From: Eledone cirrhosa
Taxonomy: Eukaryota
DNA length: 64,000 bases
NCBI GenBank assembly: GCA_964016885.1
Contig: OZ024741.1
Coordinates: forward strand, 358,546,001-358,610,000
Direction of reading: 5' to 3'
The position numbers and the translations under genes are program-made. The stretch's first letter is position 1. The number at the start of each line of letters is the position of its first letter. This document shows positions 40,201-54,918 of the stretch, piece after piece. Under the pieces are notes generated by a model. It was not told where the DNA came from. It saw nothing but the letters and a program-made list of their open reading frames with translations, and did no database searches.

Positions 40201-43200
40201 ATTGAATGACACTACTACACAACACGGAGTGACACTACTACACTACACCGAATGACACTACAACACTACACTCAGTGACACTACAATACTACACTGAGTG
40301 ACACTACTACACTACAATGAGGGACACTACTATACTGCACTGAGTGACACTACTACACTACACTGAGTGACACTACATCACTGAGTGACACTACAAAACT
40401 ACACCAAGTGACACTACTACACTACACTGAGTGACACTACTACACAGCACTGAGTGACACTACTACACTACACCGAGGGACACTACTACACTACACTGAG
40501 TGAGACTACTACACTACACTGAGTGACAAAACTACACTACACGGAGTGACACAACTACACTACACTGAGTAATACACTATGCTGAGCTGAGTGATAATAC
40601 TACACTACACTGAGTGAGACTACTACATTACACTGAGGGACACTTCTAAACTGAGTGACACTACTACACTACACTCAGTGACACTACAATACTACACGGA
40701 GTGACACTACTACACTACACTAAGTGACATTACAACAGTGCACTGAGGGACACTACTACACTACACTGAGTGAGACCACTACACTACACTGAATGACACT
40801 ACTACACTACACGGAGTTACACTACTACACTACACTGAGGGACACTACTAAACTACATGGAGTGACACTACTACACTACATTGAATGACACTACAAACAA
40901 TACACTGAGTGACACTACTACACTAAAATGAGTGACACTACTACACAACACTGAGTGACACTACTACACTACACTCAGTAACGCTACTACAATGAGTGAT
41001 ACTACTACACAGCACTGAGTGATACTACTACAGTACACTGAGTGACACTACTACATACACCGAATTCCACTACAACACTACACTGAGTGACACTACTAAA
41101 CAACAGTGGGTGACACTACTACACTACACTGAGGGACAATACTACACTACACTGAGTGACACTACTACATTGAGTTACACTACTACACTGAGTGACACCA
41201 CTACACTACCCTGAGTGACACAACTACACTAGACCACACTACACTGCGTAATACTACTAGACAACACTGAGTGACACTACTAAACAACACTGGGTGACAC
41301 TACTACACTACACTGAGGGACAATACTACACTACACTGAGTGACACTACTACTTTGAATTACACTACTACACTGAGGGACACCACTACACTACCCTGAGT
41401 GACACAACTACACTAGACTTCACTACACTGCGTGATACTACTACACTACACTGAGTGACAATACTACACTACAGTGATTGTCACCACTACACTGAATGAC
41501 ACTACTACACTACATGGAGTGACACTACTACACTACACCGAGTGACAATACAGCGCTACACTGATTGACACTACTACACAGCACTGAGTGAGACTACTAC
41601 ACAACACTGAGTGACACTACTACACAACACCGAGTGACACTACTCCACTACACCGAGTGACACCACTACACTACACTGAGTGACACTGCTAAACTACACT
41701 GAGTGACACTACTACACTACACCGGGTGACACTACAACACTACACTGAGTGACACTACTACACTACACTGATTAACACTACTACACTACACCGAGAGACA
41801 CTACTACACTATACAGAGTGACAAAACTACACTACACTGAGAGACACTCCTATACTACATTGAGTGACACTACTACACTGAGTGACACTACTACATTGAG
41901 TGACTCTACTACACTGAGTGACACTACTACATTGAGTGACTCTACTACACTGAGTGACACCACTACATTACACTGAGTGACACTACTACACTGAGTGTAG
42001 TAGTGTCACTCAATGTGTGACACTACAGAACAACACTGACTGACACTACACTGAGTGACACTACTAAAATACACCGAGTGACACTACAACACTACACTGA
42101 GTGACACTACTACACTAAACTGAGTGACACTACTACACAACACTATGTGACACTACAACACTTAGTGACACAATTACAGTTCACGGAGTGACACTACTAA
42201 AGTGAGTGACACAAGTAATACTACTACACTACACCGAGTGACACTACTACACTATACAGAGTGACACCACTACATTGAATGACACTACTACACTACACAG
42301 AGTGACACTACTACACAACACCGAGTCACACTACTACACTACACTGAGTGCCAGTACAACACTACCCTGAAAGACACAACTACACTACACTGAGTAACAC
42401 TACTACACTACCCTAAGTGACACCACTACACTGAGTAATACTACTACACTACACTGAGTGACACAACTACACTACACGGAGTGACACTACTACACTCAGG
42501 GACACAAGTACACTACACTGAGTAATACTACCACACTACTCTGAGTGACACTACTACACTACACTGAATGACACTACTACACAACACTGAGTGACACTAC
42601 TACACTACAAATGTGTGACACTACTACACGACACCGAGTGACACTACAACACTACACTGAGTGACACTACTACACTACAATGAGGGACGCTACTACATGA
42701 CACTGAGTGACACTACAACACTACACTGAGTGACACTACTACATTACACTGAGGGACCCTTCTAAACTGAGTGTCACAACTACACTACACTGAGTGACTC
42801 CTACTACACAACACCAAGTGATACTACAACACTACACTGCACGGAGTGACACTACTACACTACAATGAGTGACACTACTACACAACACCAAGTGATACTA
42901 CAACACTACACTGCACGGAGTGACACTACTACACTACAATGAGTGACACTACTACACTACACCGAGTGACACTACTACACTACACCGAGTGACACAACAC
43001 TACAATGAGTGACACTACTACACTACACCGAGTGACACTACTACACTGAATGATACTACTACACAACACTGAGTGATACTACAACACTACACTGAGTGAC
43101 ACTACTACACTACACCACGTGACACTACTACACTACACGGAGTGACACTACTACACTACACTGAGTGACACTACTACACAACACTATGTGACAACACAAC

Positions 43201-46200
43201 ACTTAGTGACATAACTACACTTCACGGAGTGACACTACTAAAGTGAGTGACACAAGTAATACTACTACACTACACCGAGTTACACTACTATACTATACAG
43301 AGTACAAAACTACACTGAGGAACACTACTACACTATACAGAGTGACAATACTACACTATACAGAGTGACAATACTACACTACACTGAGTGACACAACTAC
43401 ACTACACAGAGTGACACTGCTTCACTGTGTGACACAACAACACTACACTGAGTAAAACTACTACACTACACTGAGTGAGACTACTACATTACACTGAGGG
43501 ATACTTCTAAACTGAGTGACACAACTACACTACACGGAGTGACACTACTAAATTGAGTGACACAACTACACTACACTGAGTAATACACTATACTGAGCTG
43601 AGTGAAAATACTACACTACACCGAGAGACACTACTACACTATACAGAGTGACACTACTACACTACACTACACTGAGTGACACTACTACACTACACCTAGT
43701 GACACTACTACACTACACCGCGTGACACTACCACACTAGTTTGAGTGACACTACTACACTACACCGAGTGACACTACACTACACTGAGTGACACCACTAC
43801 ACTGAATGACACCACTACACTACATGGAGTGACACTACTACACTACACCGAGTGACACTACAACACTACACTGAGTGAGACTACAACATTAAACTGAGTG
43901 AGACTACTACACTACACTGAGTGGCACAACTACTCTACACCGAGTGACACTACACTACACTGAGTGACACTACTACACTACACTGAGTGACACAACTACA
44001 CTACACCGAGAGACACTACTACACTACACCGAGTGACACTACTACACTACACTGAGTGACACTACTTATCTACAATGAGTGACACTACTACACTGAGTGA
44101 CACCACTACACTACACTGAGTGACACTACTCCACTCCACTGAGTGATACTACTACACTGAGTGATACTACTACACTATACTTAGGGACACTAGTACACTA
44201 CACCAAGTGACACTATACTATACACTCAGTGACACTACTACACTCAGTGACACAAGTACACTACACTGAGTAATACTACTACACTACTCTGAGTGACACT
44301 ACTACACTACACGGAGTGACACTACTACACTCAGGGACACAAGTACACTACACTGAGTAATACTACTACACTACTCTGAGTGACACTACTACACTACACT
44401 GAATGACACTACTACACAACACTGAGTGACACTACTGCACTACAAATGTGTGACACTACTACACGACACCGAGTGACACTACAAGACTACACTGAGTGAC
44501 ACTACTACACTACAATGTGTGACACTACTACACAACACTGAGTGACACTACTATACTACAAATGTGTGACACTACTACACGACACCGAGTGGCACTACAA
44601 CACTACACTGAGTGATACCACTACACCGAATGACACTACTACACTACAAGGAGTGACACTAGAACACTACACTGAGTGCGACTACTACACTACACTGAGT
44701 GAGACTACTACACTACACTGAGTGACACTACTACATTACACAGAGGGACACTACTACACTACACTGAGTGCCAGTACAACACTACCCTGAAAGACACAAC
44801 TACACTACACTGAGTAACACTACTACACTACCCTAAGTGACACCACTACACTGAGTAATACTACTACACTACACTGAGTGACACAACTACACTACACGGA
44901 GTGACACTACTACACTCAGTGACACAAGTACACTACACTGAGTAATACTACTACACAACACTGAGTGACACTACTACACTACAAATGTGTGACACTACTA
45001 CACGACACCGAGTGACACTACAACACTACACTGAGTGGCACTACTACACTACAATGAGGGACACTACTACATGACACCGAGTGAAACTACTACACTACAC
45101 TGAGTGACGCTACTACATTACACTTAGGGACACTACTAGACAACACCAAGTGATACTACAACACTACACTGCACGGAGTGACACTACTACACTACAATGA
45201 GTGATACCACTACACCGAATGACACTACTACACTACACGGAGTGACACTAGAACACTACACTGAGTGACACTTCTACACGACACCGAGTGAAACTACAAC
45301 ACTACACTACACTGAGTGACACTATTACACTACAATGAGTGACACTACTACACTACACCGAGTGACACTACAACACTACACTGAGTGACACTACTACACT
45401 ACACCGAGTGACACAACACTACACTGAGTGACACCACTACACTACACCGAGTGACACTACTACACTGAATTATACTACTACACAATACTGAGTGATACTA
45501 CTACACTACACTGAGTGACACTACTACACTACACCGCGTGACACTACCACACTACTACACTACACCGAGTGACACTACACTACACTGAGTGACACCACTA
45601 CACTACATGGAGTGACACTACTACACTACACCGAGTGACACTACAACACTACACTGAGTGAGACTACAACATTAAACTGAGTGAGATTACTACACTACAC
45701 TGAGTGACACTACTACTCTACACCGAGTGACACTACACTACACTGAGTGACACTACTACACTACATTGAGTGACACTACTACACTACACCGAGTGACACT
45801 AGTACTCTACACCGAGTGACACTACACTACACTGAGTGACACTACTACACTACACTGAGTGACACTACTACACTATTCAGAGTGACACTACTACACTACA
45901 CTGAGTGACGCTACTACACTACACTGAGTGACACTACTACACTATACTTAGGGACACTAGTACACTACACCAAGTGACACTACTACACTATACTGAGTGA
46001 CACTACTACACTACACTGAGTGACGCTACTACACTACACTGAGTGACACTACTACACTATACTTAGGGACACTAGTACACTACACCAAGTGACACTACTA
46101 CACTATACTGAGTGACACTACTACACTACACTGAGTGACGCTACTACACTACACTGAGTGACACTACTACACTATACTTAGGGACACTAGTACACTACAC

Positions 46201-47750
46201 CAAGTGACACTACTACACTATACTGAGTGACACTACTACAGTATACTGAGTGACACTACTACAGTATACTGAGTGACACTGCTACAGTATACAGAGTGAC
46301 ACTACTACACTACAATGAGTGACACTACTACACTGAGTGACACTACTACACTACACTGAGTGACGCTACTACACTACACTGAGTGACACTACTACACTAT
46401 ACTTAGGGACACTAGTACACTACACCAAGTGACACTACTACACTATACTGAGTGACACTACTACACTACACTGAGTGACGCTACTACACTATACTGAGTG
46501 ACACTGCTACAGTATACAGAGTGACACTACTACACTACAATGAGTGACACTACTACACTGAGTGACACTACTACACTACACTGAGTGACACTACTACACT
46601 ATACTTAGGGACACTAGTACACTACACCAAGTGACACCACTACACTATACTTAGGGACACTTCTACACTATACTGAGTGATACACCTACACTATACAGAG
46701 TGACACTACTACACTATACAGAGTGACACTACTACACTGAGTGACACCACTACACTGAGTGACACTACTATATTGAGTGATACTACTACACTGAGTGGCA
46801 CCACTACACTGAGTGACACTACTACACTGGAGTGACACTACTACACTGAGTGATAGTACTACACTGAGTGACACTATTACACTGAGTGTCACTACTACAC
46901 TGAGTGATACTACTACACTGAGTGATACTACTACACTGAGTGACACTACTACACTGAGTGACACTACTACACTGAGTGACACTACTACACTGAGTGATAC
47001 TACTACAGCGAGTGCTACTACTACACTGAATGATACTACTACACTGAGTGACACTACTTCACCATGTGACACTACTTCACTATGTGATACTACTACACTG
47101 AGTGACACTACTTCACTATGTGACACTACTTCACTATGTGACACTACTACACTGAGTGACACTACTTCACTATGTGACACTACTTCACTATGTGACACTA
47201 CTACACTGAGTGACACTACTTCACTATGTGACACTACTTCACTATGTGACACTACTACACTGAGTGACACTACTTCACTATGTGACACTAGTATTACACT
47301 GAGTGATGTTACTATACTTCACTTTGTGAAACTACTACGCTAAGTGACACTACTGCTCTATACTGCGTGACACTTCCATACTACATTGAGTGACACTACT
47401 ACACTACACTGAGTGAAATGACTACATTACATGAGTGATACTATTACACTACACTGAGTGATACTACTGCACTATGCTGGGTGATACAACTACAATACAC
47501 TGAGCGACACTCCTCCACTGAGTGACACTACTACACTGATTAACACTACCACACTGAGTGACACTACTACACTTCATTGAGTGACATTACTACACTACAC
47601 TGAGTGACACTACTCCACTCCACTGAGTGACACTATTGCACTCCACTGAGTGACACTGCTACATTATACTGAGTGACACTATTGCACTCAATTGAGTGAC
47701 ACTGCTATACTACACTGAGTGACACTACTCCACTAAACTTAGTGAAACAG
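22240..47750. repeat. Satellite array (~25.5 kb) of mixed 18-bp CTGAGTGACACTACTACA and 23-bp CTGAGTGACACTACTACACTACA monomers
   Basis: Continuous tandem monomers with point variants, more degenerate at both edges, with kb-scale duplicated blocks. Confidence 0.98.
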
Positions 47751-48084
47751 CTATACAAGAATAATTCATTTTTACTACTGTACTGCATGATGTGGATGAA
47801 GGTGAACACCATCCGACAATATTACAGTCCAATACTCATCTTTCTTACTGTTTTAATGCCATAAATTGAAGCTTCAAATGATCAAATCAGGTATTGCTTT
47901 GTCACTTCTGCCAAAGATAATTTTTCCTTTTATTTTTTCATAACTTTGGATTTCATTTTCATTTTGGGAGGAATTTGGTGGTTTCGGGAATCCTCAGATG
48001 TGTTTTTGTGTTATTTGATAGGTTTGGGAATCATTTGAAAGGTTTGAACTCCACTGAGTATTAATTTATTGTATGTCGACACAA

Positions 48085-48220
48085 AAGCGCATGGCTTAGT
48101 GGTTAGAGCGTTGAGCTTACAATCCTGAGATTGTGAGTTTGATTCTCAGACTGGGCTTTGTGTTGTGTTCTAGAGCAAAATACTTTATTTCATGCTGCTC
48201 CAGTTCACTCAGCTGTATAA
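48085..48220 (+). mobile_element. tRNA-derived SINE head and body (family of 15451)
   Basis: catggcttagtggttagagcgttg...gtgagtttgattctcagactggg...gctccagttcactcagctgta. Confidence 0.85.
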
Positions 48221-48913
48221 AAGTGTTAACTTAGCTATGGGTTAAATAGCCTTCCAAGCCCACAATTGTCCAAGTGTGGTAAGTATGGCTGCACCCCTGA
48301 CATGACCAAAAAACAAAATAAAAAACAGAAAACAGTGGAGGTCAGTCAGGGATGGATTCCTACATTAGGAGTGAAAAGGTCATGGATTGAATTGAATGTT
48401 GACAGTCTGGTTTTGGCCCACATCAACAAGGGTTTAGAACCTGTTGAAACGAAGAATGCAGAAAAATTGCCTTATTTTTTTTTTACAAGTCTTGTTTTTA
48501 CAAGTTATTCCGATTGTGTCATTGACCATTAGTGGAATTGGAATACATGTAGAATGGTCATATCAGCCATTCAGCTCCTTGTAACTCAGAATTGTTGTTA
48601 ATGTTTGGTTTTGGTCTGTTTATAACAAGAGCCACTTTTACCTACAAATTTCCTGTATTCATCCCAGTGGCATCAACATCTCAGGCATGGCATTCTTCTA
48701 GGGTTTTTTGATAGAGGAAGCACTTGAAGTAGTTTGTTCTGTGATCAGTATGTGCAACATTAGGACAGTGCTTCCAGTAAATGAGCTGCTACACTTTTTG
48801 TTGGTAACCTTTTATATAACATACATCAAATGAACATTTTCACCATAATACTGCCTATTTGTATTGTGTCGGCTTTCCAAATACTTCTTTAATCATATAT
48901 TCCACAATATTTC

Positions 48914-48916
<3 letters not shown>

Positions 48917-48972
<56 letters not shown>
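48917..48972. repeat. (TA)n microsatellite
   Basis: Direct reading of the sequence. Confidence 0.95.
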
Positions 48973-48975
<3 letters not shown>

Positions 48976-49095
48976 AAAAGAGTCAGGACCCCGACAGCTG
49001 AGCTCCGGCCATTTCAACAGCTAGATCCAAACTATTTGGATCTAGCTGTCGAAACGGCCGGAGCTCAGCTGTCGGGGTCCTGACACTTTTCCTAT
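48971..49095. repeat. 125-bp near-perfect inverted repeat (61-bp arms, 3-nt loop), MITE/foldback-like
   Basis: The left arm 48971-49031 is the reverse complement of 49035-49095 with 3 mismatches by manual alignment; the loop is cta. Confidence 0.95.
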
Positions 49096-49164
49096 TACCC
49101 ACTCTACTACCCTAAGTATCATGTACTCTAGTGCATTATGGTTTCTTACCATACTTTCTTTGTA

Positions 49165-50644
49165 TATCATCATCATCATCATCATCATTGTTTAATGTCC
49201 ATGTTCCACGCTTGCATGGGTTTGGACGGGAGTTTTCCCACTTGAGGCAAGAGTGGTTGTCTTGCTCGCATAGGACTGTCTGGCAGGTTTTCTACAGCTG
49301 GATGCCCTTCCTAACACCAACCACATTTACAGTGTGGGGCTGGGAGGTTTTTACCGTGTTGCCTACACAGCCACATTACAGCGTGGACTGTGTGTTTTTT
49401 TGTCGTGACACCTACACGATCTCATTTGTTTCGGCCTGGATGTTGTGGCACCAACATAACTTTACATTGAAAGGGGCGGTGTGGATGGGGTGGGGGTGGG
49501 GGGACGGGGGGTGTATTTTGTTAGAGATGCTTACTGACTGTAGTAGGTTTTACTTTGTATTTAGGTAAGGCGGGTCTTCTCTATTACTGAGTACCGCCAA
49601 AGATCTCGGTCCAGTGACATTGTCTTGGAGAGGTGTAAGTGTGTGAGGTCGGAATTTATCAGGTCGTCCCAGGTTTTTCTGGGTCTGCCTACTCCGTGGC
49701 TACCGTCTATCTTTATTGCCCTGCACTTTTTTATACAGCTGTCGTCTTTCATGCGCATCACGTGACCATACCAACGTAGCCTTCTCTCGAGTAAACAACA
49801 TCTGATCCCTCTTATTTCTAATTTCTCCCTTAGTTCGTTTATGCTTTGCCGTTCACGTATATTACTATTACACATCCAACGGAGCATGCAAGCTTCGTTC
49901 CTCTCTAGTCTGCGTATATCCTCTGCACATAATGCCCAGGTCTCACTGCCATGCAACATTGCTGTTCGTATGCAGGCATCATACAGCCTGCCTTTCATTT
50001 TTAGGGAGAACCCTTTAGCGGCTAATAGTAGTATAAGCTCTCTGAACTTTTTCCATCCAGTTCTGACTCTAGCTACTGTACTTTCAGAGCACCCTGGTAA
50101 CAGAAGCTGTCCACTATTTCTATAGAACCCTCTGCGCAATTGAAAGAGCTAGTATTTTGTGGCCACTTGCTGCTACTTATTGCACCAGAGCACCGGCCAC
50201 ATGTAAAATCTATGTTCTTAGTTAGCTTACCTGTGATCCCACTACATCTTTTATGCACCCATACTTTGCATTTGGGACATAAAATGGAGTTTCTACCTAT
50301 GCCTTTCCTACACACTGAGCATGGCCATTTCCCGGAAGGGACCGGCGCCTTATTTTCTTTCCTACAAACTAGAACTTTAATCTTAGCCAGGTTAATTTTA
50401 AGGCCTTTTGATTCTAGGCCATGCTTCCATGTTTGGAATACCTTCTCTAGCTCGGCCATTGATTCAGCTATGAGCGTTAGATCATCTGCGTATAGGAGTT
50501 CCCATGGGCAGCCGGTCTTGAACTCCACTGTTATAGCCTGAAGGGCAATAATAAATAGTAGGGGGCTGAGAACAGAGCCCTGATGAACACCAACTTTTAC
50601 GCTAAACTCTTCACTATATTCGTTGTTAATTCTAACCTTGCTGT
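49165..50644 (-). mobile_element. 5'-truncated RTE LINE related to the 2000-5727 element (RT C-terminal half, PHD-like finger, 3' UTR, tail)
   Basis: ORFs 50073-50528 (LLYADDL...WPCSVC...CPKC..WVHKRC...CGRC) and 49561-50139 (RWYGHVMRM...GRPRKTW); (CAT)n tail at 49168-49187. Confidence 0.95.
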
Positions 50645-50895
50645 ATATATATATATATACATTCCAGCCAACTCATGCAAGCATGGAAAAGTGGGCATAA
50701 AAGTAGTGATGATGATGATGATGATTTATTTATATATTAGTAGATAATATATGTTGTCACCTCACCCTTCTCTACATATAGAAGGTTGGCCGAGCTCACA
50801 TATATGCATGCACAAATATGAACACCCACACAATGTTATACATATACTCACATATCTAACAGTTCAACCTTTATCACTCCCTACGCAGGTCAGCT

Positions 50896-50929
<34 letters not shown>

Positions 50930-51024
50930 CAACAATCCACAGACATTAGACCTTCAACCATGTTTATTGTCTGACGCACATGACAATAAATATGTGTTTG
51001 TGTGTGTGTATATGTGTGTGTATG

Positions 51025-51318
51025 TATCATCATCATTTTACGTCTGCTTTTCACTGCTTGCAAGGGTGGGACATCCTGTTGTGAGCAATGCCAGGTTGGG
51101 TGACCTTGTCTTGCTCATACAGGAACTGATTTTGACTTGATTTCTACAGCTGGATGCCCTTCCTAACACCAACCTCATTTACAGTGAGTGCTGGGTGCTT
51201 TTTGCCGTGGCACCTCCACGACCACCAGTCCTATCATCTCATTTCTACAGCTGAGTAAACTGGAGCATTGTGAAATAAAGTGTCTTGCTCAAGGAAACAA
51301 CACATCACCCGGTCCGAG
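51025..51318 (-). mobile_element. SINE with RTE tail (family of 15451), head truncated at a microsatellite
   Basis: Reverse complement of 15520-15790: ctggagcattgtgaaataaagtgtcttgctcaaggaaacaacacatcaccc plus the RTE tail module. Confidence 0.88.
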
Positions 51319-51322
51319 TATA

Positions 51323-51388
<66 letters not shown>

Positions 51389-51396
51389 TGTATATA

Positions 51397-51451
<55 letters not shown>

Positions 51452-51514
51452 ATTGTGTGTATATGTGTGTATATGTGTGTGTATGTGTACATATATATAT
51501 GTGTGTCTGTGTGT
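51319..51514. repeat. Compound (TA)n/(TG)n microsatellite
   Basis: Direct reading of the sequence. Confidence 0.95.
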
Positions 51515-53849
51515 TTGAATTAATTAACAGAAAATTTAGTGGGATTTTCTAAAATTATTAACTTTTCATTACCCTATTTTTAATGAAATACTCTAAATTT
51601 GAGTTAACTAATAAAGAATTTTTATGGATTTACTAAATTTATTAATTATTTCATTATTCAAATGGTATTTGTCCTTCTTTTTCTCCTTTTCATTTTTTTC
51701 TTCCTTTTCTGTGCACCTTAATAGTGTGTTTGTTTTTATTACATACTGCTCAATTATTTTTATACGATGCAAAAAAAAAAAACTTCATAAAAGGTTCTTC
51801 CATCAAATTATATTGGCAGATTTTTATTTAAATGAGAACCCTTTGAAATAGGTTGCCCTGTGTTATAAAACCAGAGGTGGATTTGGGCAGGTTAGTATAA
51901 AAAAGGGGGTTAAACTGGGTGTTGGATGAAATATATAACTAGAAATGTGTTTAAATAAATATAAGTGGTTTGTGGTGTCTATGTCTTCCTTGGTTCACAA
52001 TCGCAAGATGTTTTCAACCTAGAATCTGTTCTATTGATGTTGAGATTCAGTTGTCTTAATGACATGACAACCTTCCTAGTGCTAGTACTATGAAAATGCT
52101 CAAAGGGCACTGTGTGTGTGTGGAGAGAGAGAATGCAAGAACATATGTAAGTGGGATGTTTTGGGGAACACTTTGCTTCTCCCCATTTTTCTCTCCCTCT
52201 CCACACGAAATGTCCCAAAAATCCATAAATAAACAACTTTTCTGTGAGCCAGTGAAATAGTAACGATCCACCAAGGACTCTCTATAGTGTCACACAAAAC
52301 CCATGAAATAGCAGCCAAATCTCCTTTGAATTACATCTTAGTCTCTTAAATCAGGAAGGACAATTAGTCCAAGATAATATATATGCCTGAATATACGTCT
52401 GTTGGAATAGTTGCTTCTCGTATAATTCTTTAAATTGATGTGACTTCAGTAGCTGTTAAGTAATATCATGTGAGCCATTCTTTTTATTCTTTTGTCAGTC
52501 CAGGATTAACTCTGAGATTTATGTCATGTCTTTTTTTACTGGAAAGTTGTCATCAGGCAGGAAACCTGAATCCCTTCACTGGACAGCTGTTTTCATTCCT
52601 ACACTGCAGGTGACCAAACACTATACACATAGTTGGTCTCTTGACACACCACATTATTTAGATATGAGCACATTAATGATAGAACAGAGGTTGAAGGACT
52701 CACATCCTCGGAAAAGAGGAAACATATTACACCTTCTATCTTCAAAAATGGGAGAAACATTGGATAATGTTGATCCTAAGTACACATTATCTGAGAAAAA
52801 AACAGGATGGTTACAACCTGGATGCCTTTAATTATAAGTTCACCTATTTGTATGAAAACAACAAACAACATAGTGAGAAAGTTTTCCAAAAGAGGGGAAG
52901 TAAAGGGAGGTAATTATTGACTATCCTTCTTAAGTTAAGAATGTGTATGTATACTGTACATTGTTTTAACAGATAGTCACCATAGAGTCACTTAGGAAAG
53001 TAACCCTTACAGTAAACACAAAGAAGCAAACATAGACACACGCGTACACCAGGTCCAAATACAGAGGAGCCGAACACCCATTGTCATCCCCTCCATCTCT
53101 CTCACCCTCCCCATCTCTCATTATTATGAGGGGGTCCCATGCACTGGCTGCCCCACAGCCCTGGCAGACAAAACAGAAGGTATTTCCCTGGAGGATAGTG
53201 AGGGAGGAGAAAGTAGTATTGAGAGTTAGAAAAGAAAGAAAGCTGCTGGAATTTCTTTCAAGTTGTCCAACCTGCCATTAAGACTGAGTTTGTATTGTAT
53301 TGTCCACCTCTAGACCTTACAGAAAACAGATAGAACATTAAAGAGAGAGAGTAAGTGAGTGAGAGAGAGACAGAGAAAATCGAACATGTCCAAATTGTAA
53401 TACTATTTAATCTTGCTGTTATACAAACTATAACAGCAAGATTAAATGAGAACTTACCAGCTTGAAATTTCATCTTTATTTTATGAATAACTAATATGTA
53501 TGAAGAAATAACAAGAGATCTTGTTTCATGAATACACCATTAATATTGGTAGCAACAATGTGACTACAGCAGTAGTCTCTAGCTTGGCTTCATACAAACC
53601 AAGAGGGTTCACTAAAATATTTGGGAGCAGGGGTGAAAGAAAGATTCCTACAGGTTTTATAAGTAAAGTTTGATAGTTCATTAGGACATTCTTCGTGATA
53701 TTCTAAACCATTTTATTATTTTACTAGCATAATACCTGTAAAAAATGACAGGGTTTATAGCAAAAGAATATTTGACTTAATACTTCATTGATGACAACAT
53801 TCTATGTAATGATACTTGAATCCTCAATTTTTTCTTGACCTCCTACTTC

Positions 53850-54150
53850 TTGTCACTCCAATGTGTCCTCATCAACAGGGTTCTCCACAACACAATAGAA
53901 CCCACTGTGATCAAGAAACGCAAGGCAGCCTCCAAATATTGGTCACTCTCTGACAGGTTTGCAGTTGAGCCCATAGCAGCGGAGACTTCTGCTGTCCTTG
54001 GCCCTAGGGCCACCTCTCTACTCACCATCATTGACACAGAATTGGCTACCCACAGGTGTGAGCCTCACGAGCTGGAATGATTCTTCTAGCACATCTCCCT
54101 CACAATCCTCTTGGAAAATGCCTTCTCTATTCTGTCAGCCAGGGCCGTGG
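53850..54150 (+). mobile_element. Relic of a CRE-like non-LTR retrotransposon (C-terminus of the restriction-like endonuclease region)
   Basis: Reading through stops gives RKAASKYWSLSDRFAVEPIAAETSAVLGPRATSLL...EPHELE*FF*HISLTILLENAFSIL. This resembles the CRE-clade pattern K..KY...F.P.A.ET.G..G...QR.S.A...GNA..I (recognised from memory of the family). Confidence 0.65.
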
Positions 54151-54689
54151 AGTGGCCAGTGCATGGGCCCCCATTTGCTTATAATAGTGAGAGATGGGGA
54201 GAGCAGGAGAGACAGTGACAGTGAGGTTCCACTGTGTTTGTACCTGGTATATATATGTATATAATTATTTACCACACCACATATACAACTTTTAGATACA
54301 GCTAAATGTAAAATACATATTATGACCACAAATAAATAAACCTCACCACCAACTTCACCCCCCCCCCCAAAAAAAAAATTGAGGTTTCAAAAGTATTATT
54401 TTTTTTTTACAGAATTGTAATCTCTCCCTACTAGTTCTTCTTCACACACTTACTTTTGAGAGGGAAAGAGGGCAAAGACCTCCACCTCCACCAAATAATC
54501 ATGCTGGATCCCCAAGTGAGACCAACTGAAGTTATGGATGTTATCCAACCATTTTGCTTGTGGTCTATCTTTAGGTCTCCTGTTAATTGGTTTTGCCCAT
54601 AAAATCTGTCCAGCGATTCTTTCCTTAGACTTTCTAATAATATGTTCATAATATTCTAAAGTCTAACGCCTGTCTTAAGCCAGAAGGCT

Positions 54690-54915
54690 TGTTAGACCGG
54701 TGCTTATCCCAGTTTCCTGGCGGGAAGCAACTGAGAGTTCAAGATTTCCCCCTGAAAGAGAGAGGGAGAGAAATGAATCTGGCCATTCTTTCAAGTCTGA
54801 CTCACCAGGCCGGTGCTTTTCCCTGTTTCCATTGCATGAAGCAATTGAGAGTACAAGACTCCCCGTTTGACAGGATACCAGGCCATCACAGGGTTAAACC
54901 CCCAACTATTGCTGG
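54690..54915. repeat. Duplicated ~60-bp interspersed-repeat module next to a SINE
   Basis: ccggtgcttatcccagtttcc...aagcaactgagagttcaaga (~54697) and ccggtgcttttccctgtttcc...aagcaattgagagtacaaga (~54810). Confidence 0.6.
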
Positions 54916-54918
54916 TAC

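Noticed and set aside
22240-46680. Giant mucin or antifreeze-like coding exon
   Set aside because: Irregular mixing of 18- and 23-bp units shifts the frame constantly into TGA stops; the ORF track shows no ORFs here.
51188-51523. YI/CV-repeat ORFs (also 21225-21602 and 48859-49083)
   Set aside because: Artefacts of (TA)n and (TG)n microsatellites.
52526-53400. Possible exon or LTR-element remnant (ORF 52526-52831 and the following segment)
   Set aside because: No recognisable protein motif, paired LTR or TSD could be established by eye.
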